Translations under genes and position numbers: made by a program
Origin: Trichosphaerium sp. ATCC 40318
Lineage: Eukaryota > Protista > Tubulinea
Assembly: GCA_038496445.1 (NCBI GenBank)
Contig: JALMLS010000242.1
Coordinates: forward strand, 35,090-99,089
Direction: 5' to 3'
DNA: 64,000 nt
Part shown: in pieces, positions 26,366-37,824 of the stretch
Layout: the number at the start of each line of letters is the position of its first letter
Numbering within the stretch: the first letter of the stretch is position 1
Notes under the pieces: generated by a model
What the model was told of the DNA's origin: nothing
The model's input: only the letters and a program-made list of their open reading frames with translations
The model's database searches: none

Positions 26366-27296
26366 ATCACACAAAAACCACCAAGGTTTTTTTCCAACGT
26401 TCTGTAGGCACATGCCTCTTTTGGAAACCTTAGTTACCACTATTTTAATGGAATGTGATTCGATGTTGGGGTTATCGGAATTGACCTGGAAAATCGACAA
26501 AAAAGATTACTGATAATCACGTTTTCATTAGTTCGTCGGTAGTCATAACCTGAACATTCTATGGCTCAATATTTGATAAAATGGATCCAGGTGAATCAAA
26601 TATTTGTGGCTTGTTACAATGTACTGAATGCTTATTGTGATTAGATTAGGCAAAAAAATGAGATTATCAATATTCTTTTTGGTCGATAATCCTCAATTCC
26701 TTCCTTTAGTTTACATTTGAAATATCCGCGCTGCATTGTTGTATTTATTAGGAGCAGTTGAGCATGAGCAGCAAGACTGGACACTTGTAGATATATCACA
26801 AAGTGCAAAATTCACAGATCTTAGGTTCCCTTGGAAAGTTTCAAATCCGTCAAATCTGACACATTAGGGAATGACACGTACGTCAGGAATTGACTCATAA
26901 TATTGATAGTGTCAAAGCCAACAGTTCTGGGATCTTAATAATTTGAACTTGCAGCTTTATTTGTCGACCTCATATCCACTCCCTCCTACACTGGCTAGTT
27001 GTTCATTCCCAACTATCTTATAGACAGCTATACTTCTGTATAGAGTTACACAAAGTTTTCAACGCCTACTGGTAAGCATGCGAGAAGTTTCGTTTCCGTG
27101 TGTTGTACCAGATCTCTAATTGCTAGTAAGATAGTAAAGACGCGCAGAATAGGGTTTTAAGCGCATTGAAAGTAAAATATCTCAACGCAATGCAAGTAAA
27201 TCATAACACGTATCAACTCAAACGGATACGCTGGTGGTTTTATTTAAGTATACAACGTAGGTTTCGTATCGAATACATATCTATAAGCGTGAGCAT

Positions 27297-27536
27297 TCAG
27301 ATTACTCTAGCACGCCAATTTCGCCATTCCCAGGTCGTGCAATAGCCCATTGCTTTTCCTGTAATCTGCCTCCACCACAAATTCCTGCAATTACGAGTGT
27401 AAAAAGGGCGATACCTACTCAAGCATATCCTTTCGTTGTTACTACAACAGCAAACAGGTGATCTTATGAAACTTTGCACCTCTACAGCAACAAAAGCGAG
27501 CACTACTAACGCAAGGAGAAGGTGAGCTAAGCGCAT
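27297..27536 (-). CDS. Small secreted Cys/Arg/Trp-rich peptide (antimicrobial-peptide-like)
   Basis: Signal peptide MRLAHLLLALVVLAFVAVEVQS; 57-aa mature part with 6 Cys, 10 Arg, 5 Trp and only 2 acidic residues; intronless; AATAAA downstream. Confidence 0.75.
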   Translation of the reverse strand: MRLAHLLLALVVLAFVAVEVQSFIRSPVCCCSNNERICLSRYRPFYTRNCRNLWWRQITGKAMGYCTTWEWRNWRARVI

Positions 27537-28497
27537 TGTTGATAGTATTTTATGGCTAGAAAAGGGCGAAAACGACCCGATTTGACATCAAAGAAACCTA
27601 AAAAAGGAAGCGATCTTTCCCAACTAGCGCCTACCTAGAGAGAGTTAGTTAGTTATCATTGTTGGCCGCTACGCGTAGTAGATATTTACTTGACAACTAA
27701 AAGCAAAAGAACTGCTCTATCAAGGACATCCTGAGTTTAACTACGTGGGCCACAACGTTATACTAATTGCGTAAAAGTTTCATCATGCTGGGACTATTGG
27801 ACAATCTTTGCTGATTAGCGTTTGTTTAAGTGTGCAACGATGTTCATGAGCACTCCTATAACATTTGCAGCGCTTACACGTTTATCTATCTTTTATTTTT
27901 GTTCTCAACAATCGTTACAATTGACTGCAACAGTATACCCGCGCGTAGAGTTATCTATTTTTTAGGTTTAAAGCTGCGGAAAAAACCCTGGAAGCGACTT
28001 TAAGATCAAAACAAAGAAATATCTCGACAAGGCGACCTTCTAACATTGTGACCTTCCTCAAAACCTTTTCAATACCTCATGTTATACGTGATGGGGCGCT
28101 ATACTCTCACAGTGACGGACAAAATGAGTTTACGACTATAAGCCAAAGTCAACCACAAATTTGTTTTTGGAAGACTTCTAGTGCGCTAGTAGACTCCACA
28201 ACGACAAAAATCGGAGATTGATATGTCTATTTTGAGTAAGTCTAGAAAATTAGGGAAACGAAAGTAAATTTTTAATTAGTCGCTGCCACGTTAAACTGGA
28301 ACATACGATTCGATAAACTTGACATGCTTCGAATTGACTTGAACACCAAAAAAGGAAAAACTGCGTACTGTCTAAAACTAGCGTTACACACTCAATAACG
28401 AAGCGCAGGTACGTCTGACTTTAACGTCCTATAAAGCTATAACTCGCTAGTAAGTATTAACACGCCTTAGAAGCAATACAAGACAGTACAATTCGCT

Positions 28498-29498
28498 ATG
28501 AAGCTTTTCGTATTTGCTCTTTGCTACATAGCTGTTATTCACTGTATTATCTCCGTTGTGGGCTGTACTGTAACGCCAGATACTGAAGTTGAAGACACAA
28601 GCAGCGCTGGCTTTACCGTTTGCGGTAAAAACCTTGGTACGTAAACAACAGCATTGTAACGCAGAAACACTCGAAACAAATAATCTCAGAAATTCGCGGA
28701 AAGGCTTGTTACGCTCAAGTGGCGATTGTAAATAAAATTGCGGGCATTGTAAGGTACCAATCTAGCAATGTAAATTAAGATGTCTCTTATTGCTATTTAG
28801 AACACAAATGCCTGGTTTTCTAGATAAAGCATCTATTGTTATTTCTGCTGGAGTGACAGGAGGCGTGTATTTTCATGGCTCAGGAATAGTATCAACTGCT
28901 GTAAGCAATAAACAAGCAGGATGCTATGTTACGCCTTCTGTTGGTGCGTTTTCTACACTATTTGTTTTAGCACATGTTTTGCGTCCTTTGTGCTAACCAT
29001 ATTTAGGTATAGGGTTTACAATGATAGCAGAACTACAACTAGGCATTGGTGTTATATGTAAACCTAAAGACTTAGAAGGTAGGTTTCTGATGAAACACAT
29101 TTGATACGCCTAACTAGTAAAAAATAGGAATGTTTATATCTGCAAGGCTGGAAAGTGACTATGCAGTTGGTTTTGGAGGCCGATATTATATATATCCATA
29201 TGCTGGAATAGACGTGTATTTGTCTACGGGTATAGGGTTCGAATTGGGAACTGAGATGGGATACACAATAGCATGGAAAAAACTTAAGTTGACGTCAAAA
29301 AAAAAACATGATGAAGCATCAGCTCGAGTCAAACAAATAAAGATGGAGGCACTACAAGAAATTGAAGAAGAAAACCGACAAATCAAAGAAAGGGAAGAAG
29401 AAGAAAGGAAAATGAAAGAAAGTGAGGAAGAAGAAGCAAGAATAAAAGAACAACATAAAGCCGATTCGTTTTGGTGTAAGCTCAAATTCTGCAATTAA
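28498..29498 (+). CDS. Secreted protein with Gly-rich amphipathic beta-strand domain and charged C-terminal coiled coil, multi-exon
   Basis: Signal peptide MKLFVFALCYIAVIHCIISVVG; exons join ORFs 28790 and 29130; GIGFELGTEMGYT-type alternating strands; E/K/R-rich tail. Confidence 0.7.
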
Positions 29499-29926
29499 TA
29501 AACTATCAACTTACTTCCAATTGGATGGTGTCATACTACAATCTTGATTTTCTAGCTTTAGCTGATAGATATGGTAGATCCCTATTGTCCATTGGCTTCT
29601 ACAAACAATAAACACCCGATTGGAGGAGAACCTATCTCTTGGCTTGACCGTTTCGTCACGAAGCCTAACCCTTGTTTTATTAAAAGTTGCAGACGCAATA
29701 AAACAATCGCCGAAAAACCAAAAACTTTTCCGAGTACACTTGTAGTCATTGGGTAACCTCTAGCTGTTGTTACACCTCCAGGTTTAACATTAATTCGGCC
29801 ACCTCCCTTAGTCTAAAACGTCCGTAAAACCTGGTTTGTACAGCCATAAAAAAAAAGAGAACTTAAATTTGCAGTGCTTATCTTAAACTTGCAAAATGTA
29901 ACTGAAAAAAAAAAAGAAATTTGTTT

Positions 29927-32310
29927 TTATTCTCTGCTAAGACCGTATATGTTATCACACGTGCATAATGAAGGGTACTTTCTACAGCTCGTACAACATT
30001 GATCAATAGTACTTGAAATACAATTGAGTATTTCATTTAAAACACCTTTGTAGTCTGTGGCATCTGCTCGTTGTAAACAACGTCTCCAATTGAGGGGAAG
30101 AACTGTTGCCCATGCCTCTGTAAGTTCTTCAGCGCACTCTCTTTTTTGTGTTTCAGTACCCATACAATGGGCCTGTACAAAACTCCCGTATGCTGTATCA
30201 ATTTTATCCTTGTCACTCTTGGAAAGATAAAAGTATGCCATCACGAAAATAAATGAGTACAAGTCATCCTTTGGTGTGTATTTATGTTTCTTTTTTGGAT
30301 GTTCATCGATCCACTCTTCATACAATTGTGGAGCAAACTTTAGACCTCCACTTATACTTATTGGCGCATTCTCTGTTGTGGCAGCTCCCCAATCAATCAA
30401 CATGTACCGTGGTTTGGCTTCTTTGCAAGCTGGTGGTAGTAGCATGATATTCGAAGCAGAAATATCTCTTTAGATAAGAATGAGTTTGGCAAGGAATACA
30501 TGAGACACACCTATGAACAACACCTCTACTGTGAACAATCTCAAGAGTTTCAATTATTTGTTTTGAGAGCAATACAAAGTCAAACGGAGCTTTTTTGTAG
30601 CTTTGACAAATACAATCCATTGCAAATCCTACACCTGGAGATGTAGCGACCTAACAAGCTTGAGAATGATATGAGTATGTGACATAAAACGTACAACTTT
30701 TGGAACACCAGGAACATCTTTGAGAAGATCTAATATTCGCATTTCTCGATCCATCTTTGGCTTTATTGGATCATTCACATTCTCTATGTAATCCTTGAAC
30801 GCTACATACTTTGGAGGATCATTATTGGACAAGTATATCATGTACACTGTTCCATGAGCGCCTATACCAAGTACTTTTCGAGGTACGTACTCAAACCCAT
30901 TGATTGTAAATACTTTTGGATTGTATCCAAGATCGCCAAGCTTGTAATTTAACAAACTTACCAAATGCTTTAGTCCTTCACCTGTAGCGTTTGAATTGAA
31001 TAAATGCATTTCAGGTGTTGCATAGTGTGTAGTCTTGGATACAAAAGCACCTGCTTTGGCGATCTTAAAAAATTGAATTTTCTGATAATTTTGAAGTATT
31101 CCAAACACAACTTCGCGACGAGGTTGTGCCTTAAGAAGTTTGTTCATGTCACTCCATATCATTCCTTTATCATGTGCAGTGAATGAAGCTACATAACAAA
31201 TAATAAGCAACAGTTTATAACACTAAAAGTACATACCGTTGCCTTCCAATATATCCCAAGTTAACACATGATGATACAATGTACAATCTCTTTCACGAAT
31301 GGTTTTGAGTTGTGGTGTGATTCGAAAACAATTTGGTAGAAATGATTTAGCATCTGGAACAACATCTGCACGAATATTTGGACAAATATCATCACGTGAT
31401 AAAAATGATGCGAAATCAGCAGTGTATTTGTCAAGAGAACATGATTTGAGCTTTAACATCAATTGAAATGTTTGACATGACTCAATGTATTGCTTAGACG
31501 TTTCAGGATGACAAAATGAGTGTTGCTGTTCTGTTTTTTCTGCGATGGAGTGTGCAACGGCAGGATACCCTTACGAAAACAATCAGATACAGCTTGTAAT
31601 ATAAAGAACATATGATACCTAGCATTGTCCTTTGGCTCAAGGATGTATCTATAAATGAATACATTAATTGTAAGTACAGGTATGTGTTCTTGTTTTCTAT
31701 TGCTTTGTGGCGTTTGTATTCGTATTCGTTTTCTTCTTCAGCACAACGATGCTTTCTTTTAAGAGAATAAATTTGTTGGTTATGCTCTTCTTTCAGTTCT
31801 ATTTCTACTTCCTCCCTTATGTGGGTTTTAAGCTTGTTGGATAAAAGAGCTTCAATACGTTCTTGCATACTTTTCTCTCTACTAGTAGTATCTGGGGTGG
31901 AAACTATGTCTACTAGGTGTCAACACACATCTCTAACACATTCTTGGTCTGTACCTTTAGTGCGTTCGCTACAAGCATCAAATACCTTATCCACAACTGC
32001 TGCCTTGCGCAGCCCTTTTGTGATGGTGACATTGCACTGTGTTGCAATGGTTGAAAGCTCGCTGATGGAGAACTTATGTAGTTGTTTCTTTGATAAAGCT
32101 ACACTTGCAGTGTCCTATATACCAATTAGCACGTGACAGTACTAATGTGAAGCTTACTTGCTGATTGCCGCACGTGTTAAATACCAAATCTACAAGTGCT
32201 GTCTTAGGCAAACCATTTTTTACAGTGACATTACACTGAGTTGCAATTGTTGTAAGTTCCTTGATGTTGAATTTGTGAAATTGTTTCTTTTTTAGCAACT
32301 TTGTCGTCAT
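29927..32310 (-). CDS. Crinkler/FunK1-like protein C: 2x helical HeH/SAP-like repeats - coiled coil - degenerate REase - active kinase
   Basis: KFNIKELTTIATQCNVTVKNGLPKTALVDLVF repeated twice; AQPRREVVFGILQN; LGIGAHGTVY; HR|DISASN; IDWG; ends CTSCRKYPSLCTCDNIYGLSRE*. Confidence 0.85.
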
Positions 32311-33960
32311 TGTGGCGCTACTCTTAATCAGTACGCAAGTCACATTTGAAAATAGTTGGTCACAAAGAAAAAAGAAAACTGTGCAAGGTAGTTGTTTTAG
32401 TGCATCGCGTAGAACAAACCGGTTTACAAAACGGTCTCTTCTTTTGCAGTATTGTCAATAAAAACACCTGAAAATGGTCTCACACAAGTTTTTACGCGGC
32501 CAATAGGCTAATTGTACTCAAATTGCAACTTCTAGCGCAACAAGACGCACAAGATCTTTTCAAGGAGTCTACACTCGTTTTATTATATGGCTAAGCCACT
32601 AGCAGCACCAATTAATGCTTTGATTTCGTATTGAGCTGACTTATGCAGAGTTTTTTTTTTAACACGGCATGTTTCGGAGAAGAAAACTGAGAGTTTTATT
32701 CCTGCGAAAAAGAAGCTTCTTGACCAGCTGTCTGATTCCTCTGACTCTATGTGTGCACCTCGTACACATATATCTCTGTCAAATAAACCTTTGACGACCT
32801 TGCTCACCACCACCGCTGCGCTCCCCATCTTCCTGTTCTCAAACAAGTGTGTTTGGGGGGTTCTACGTTCTGGCTGGTAACTTGGTTGTACCAATTTAGG
32901 CCAAACACTGTCCACGTTATATACCCTGTATATATTCTACTACGTTGTCGCTGGTCCACTAACTGATAGGTTTTCTGGCCCAGTAAGTTTACTTTTTCTT
33001 AGTCCTAATCGAGACCAAGTGCACTCCAATTTCATGACTTGCCAGAAAAGTGTTTATAATTTTTGTGACACTTTCGTTCTTAGCTTCGGAGTTGGCTGTG
33101 TGAAGTGTGTCACCTTTTTAAGTAAGGTAAGAACACGATGTTATAGTGCATTGTAGCTTGCTAACATGTACCCACAGCAGTAGTTTCAGTTGACAACCTT
33201 TTTTTTTCGGTACTCCATGAAATCATTTCTAATAGTCTATGTAATCGCTAGAATAATTCCCATTTCCAAGAGCTGACATTACTTAACGAGGGCACTTCTA
33301 AGTGTGACCTAACCAAGGATTACTGTACCAGGCATGGTTTCTGAATTGTATTTAGAAATAGACAAAAGCGATTTGAGGCTAAGGTAAACAGACAAGTTCA
33401 TAAATAGGATGATAACAGAACACTCGAATATATCAATTGGATACAAAATGAAGATGCAAACAGATGGACTTCAGACAGATCTAAGCGCCACGTTCAATTG
33501 GACTATACAGGAGTTATCTGAACAAAATAGTTTGATAAGATCACAGATGAATACACCGCGTTTGCAATTAGGAAGTGAGTCGAAGAAATCCTGCCAGACG
33601 GTACAATTGTATTGAGCATTTATACAACCTAGTGTCCCTATCATTCAAGTTTGGCCAAAGTATCAAAGTGCAGGACCTTGCAGGAACTAGTAGATCTGTA
33701 CGATCGCTGTCAGCTATGCTAGTTCTTGGAAGAGTGCAATGTGAATCCAGAAACAGATGCCGGCAAGGCTCCAATAACATGAATCAAACGTTGGATCTGC
33801 TAGTTGTAGCTAAACTGTCATTTCTGGAGTCATACTACAATCTTGACTACCTTTATGCGACAGGTATGGTTCAAAAAAGAAGGTTGTTTGCGGTGCAAAT
33901 CTAAACCTGCTTTGTACATCTGTAGCAAACGTAGCTGAAAAAAAAAAGAGAAAATTGGTT

Positions 33961-36405
33961 TTATTCTCTGCTAAGACCGTATATGTTATCACACGTGCAT
34001 AGTGAAGGGTACTTTCTACAGCTCGTACAACATTGATCAACAATGCTTGAAATACAATTGAGCATTTCATTTAAAACACCTTTGTAGTCTGTGGCATCTG
34101 CTCGTTGTAAACAACGTCTCCAATTTAGGGGAAGAACTGTTGCCCATGCCTCTGTAAGTTCTTCAGCGTATAGTCTTTTGAATTCCTCACTGCCATTAAA
34201 ATGTGCTTTTACAAAACCCTGGTATGCTGTATCAACTTTATCCCTGTTCAGTTTTGACATACAATAGTATGCCATCACGAAGATGAATGAGTACAAGTCA
34301 TCCTTTGGTGTATATTTATGTTTCTTTTTTGGATGTTCATCGATCCACTCTTCATACAATTGTGGAGCAAACTTTAGACCTCCACTTATACTTATTGGCG
34401 CATTCTCTGTTGTGGCAGCTCCCCAATCAATCAACATGTACTGTGGTTTATCTTCTTCATAAGGCGGTGGTAGTAGCATGATATTCGAAGCAGAAATATC
34501 TCTGTAGACAAACAAGAATAAGCTGTTGAAATAGTTTAAACTATCAATACATACCTATGAACAACACCTCTACTGTGAACAATCTCAAGAGTTTCAATTA
34601 TGTGTTTTGAGAGCAATACAAAGTCAAACGGAGCTTTTTTGTAGCTTTGACAAATACAATCCATTGCAAATCCTACACCTGGGGATGTAGCGACCTAACA
34701 AGTTTGAGAATGATATGAGTATGTGACATAAAACGTACAACTTTTGGAACACCAGGAACATCTTTGAGAAGATCTAATATTCTCATTTCTCGATCCATTT
34801 TTGGCTGTATTGGATCATTCACATTCTCTATGTAATTTTTGAATGCTACATACTTTGGAGGATCATTATTGGACAAGTATATCATGTACACTGTTCCGTG
34901 AGCGCCTATACCAAGTACTTTTCGAGGTACATACTCAAACCCATTGATTGTAAATACTTTTGGATTGTATCCTAGATCGCCAAGCTTGTAATTTAACAAA
35001 CTTACCAAATGCTTTAGACCTTCACTTGGAGCACCTGAATCGATCAAGTTCATTTCAGGTGTTGTATAGTGTGTAGTTTTAGATACAAGATGTCCTGCTT
35101 TGGTGATCTTAAAAAATTGAATTTTCTGATAATTTTGAAGTATTCCATACACAACTTCACGACGAGGTTGTGCCTTAAGAAGTTTGTTCATGTCACTCCA
35201 TATCATCCCTTTATCATGTGCAGTGAATGAAGCTACATAACAAATAATAAGCAACAAATAAAACCAAGATAAAGTCAAGTACATACCATTGCCTTCCAAT
35301 ATGTCCCAAGTTAACACGTGATGAAACAATGTACAATCTCTTTCACGAATCATTTTGAGTTGTGGTGTGATTCGAAAACGATTTGGAAGAAATGATTTAG
35401 CATCTTGAACAACATCTGCACGAATATTTGGACAAATATCATCACGTGATAAAAATGATGCGAAATCAGCAGTGTATTTGTCAAGAGAATATGATTTGAG
35501 CTTTAACATCATCGATTGAAATGTTTGACATGACTCAATGTATTGCTTAGACGTTTCAGGATGACAAAATGAGTGTTGATATTCTGTTTTTTCAGCAATG
35601 GAATGTGCAATGGCAGGATACCCTTACGAAAAAAATAAGAACGAAAAAAACACATTACTGTAAAAAAAAAACGATGATACCTAGCATAGTTTTGTGGCTC
35701 AACGATGTATCTATAAACGAATACATTAATCTCAAGTACAAGTGTGTGTTCTTGTTTTCTATTGCTTTGTGGCGTTTGTATTCGTATTTATTATCTTCTT
35801 CAGAACAACGCTGTCTTTTTTTAAGCAACTGTAATGTTGCTTGGTTTTTTTTATCAATTCTTGCGTTTTCTTCGATTTCTTCTTTCATTTCTTCTTCAAC
35901 TTCCTTTTTCAGTTCCTCCCTTAATATTTGCTTTGCTAAAGCGTTGTTGACGCGTTCTCGTGTATTTTTCTCTCTACTAGTAGCACCAGGGGGAACTATG
36001 TCTAAAATATGTCACGTGATGTCAGCGACATTTTAACATCAACTCCGGTACCTATGGCGTGTTTGTTACACGCATCAAACACCTTATCCACAAATACTGC
36101 CTTCCGTGATCCCTTTACTACAGTGACATTGCACTGTATCGCTATGGCTGAGAGTTCATTAATGGAGAACTTTTTTAATTGTTTCTTTGTCAAAGCTGTT
36201 GTCGTAGTGGCCTATATCACTTAGCATGCAACTATTGGTAACCTGAACTTACTCTCTTATTGTTACAAGCGCTATGTACTAAATCTACAAGTGCTGTCTT
36301 TCGCAAACCATTTTTTACAGTGACATTACACTGAGTTGCAATGGTTCTAAGTTCCTTGATGTTGAATTTGTGGAATTGTTTCTTTGTAAGCGAAGCTGTA
36401 GTCAT
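33961..36405 (-). CDS. Crinkler/FunK1-like protein D (recent duplicate of C), active kinase
   Basis: Near-identical to 29927-32310 over most exons and several introns; HR|DISASN and DWG intact. Confidence 0.85.
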
Positions 36406-37824
36406 TACTGTGGTGCAAGTCAGTTTGAAAAATTTTCGCGCATAATGAAAGAAGTAAAGGGTTGTTGGCTACTGGGAGCTTTTTTTTTAGTGTTTTGCGT
36501 TCGCAAAGAACAAAACGGGGCGCAAATAACAAGATATTGCCTAGCAGTAACTCAGAATACCTTCAAATGCTTTAAACCTTCTTGTTTTAGCGGCTAGTTG
36601 GTTAAAAGCAAAATTACAACTTCTACGACTACAAATACGCACAAGATTTGTTCTCTTTAACCTTATATAGCAAAGAACACTATCAAGCTCACAGTTACGG
36701 ATTTCTCACACATAGGCTGACTTAAACCTCTCAGTACAGTTTTAATTCGCATTATTTGGCTGTTGTTACATATCTCCGCGTATTATTCGGTCCTAGTTGT
36801 GCATGACTGAGGCACCAAATCAGGAACAAGGTTTTGCTTGGCTTAATGCAGTATTAAACCTTGTTGCAACGTGTTTTGTAATTGTTTGTAGTTTTGTTCG
36901 TCGAAAGCTTTCGTAGTTCTTGATTTAGTTCGGAGTTGGTCGCGCTACCTTTGAGATGTTTGTGCTACCTTTTTAGTAAGGTCAGAATACCAGTTAAAGC
37001 GCTTTATAGCTTCTCAAACGGGTACTATACAGCCGTAGCATCAGTTTATCTTAGCCTGAAAGCGACTGCAAGAGCCGTTTTTAAAAAAGCACTAGAAAAT
37101 CGTCTGCAAAAGCATACGTGTCTTCTATGTGGTGTTGGTGTGAGCTCTCGATTAGGTAAACTTTAGAAGCAACCTGGTTTAAGTAAGGACAGAACATGAG
37201 TTAAAGCGAGCGAAATCGCTGTTAAACCTTACGTCTAATAGCATTCTGAGAGACTTTTTTGCGGAAAACTACATAGTTGTTGAAATAGGCTTATTTCAGA
37301 TTGTTTTTTGTGCTGAATTCTGGCGTGTTAGAGCCATCAACTAAGGCTAAGCGGCTGTATTTGTGGAGCACAAAATAGTTAGTCCTATTTAGGTATCACA
37401 GCCAAACGTTGTTAAGCAAGAACGCTAAGAACTTGCATCAGCTTATGAGCTGGGAACGTACGCAAGTAACCTAATTTAGAATTTGGTTACTTCGAACTCC
37501 GTCATATGCAACCGGGATTTTACAATTGTGAAGGAATCGTTCAGCGAGCTTATATTTCATTCTAAAAAAAACACTGCTTTTGGCCGTCAAAACAATCTTT
37601 TAAACATATTTCAAGAATACTACAAGCATTGCAACAGCTCCTCTACCTAGATACAATCTAAACATAAACTTGGTACACTTCATTCGTTTTGAATACAGAG
37701 ACTCCAAAGCTTTCGCATGGTTAAACTTTGAAGACATTGTATTAGTTTAAATACACTTTGCCTGCTTTCACTGTTTCTCTTGAATCGTTTCTTATCATAC
37801 TTTTTGCTCATTTTTGCATAGGCA

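Noticed and set aside
29186-29494. Antisense Ser/Leu-rich ORF
   Set aside because: Reverse-strand shadow of the Glu/Lys-rich coding tail.
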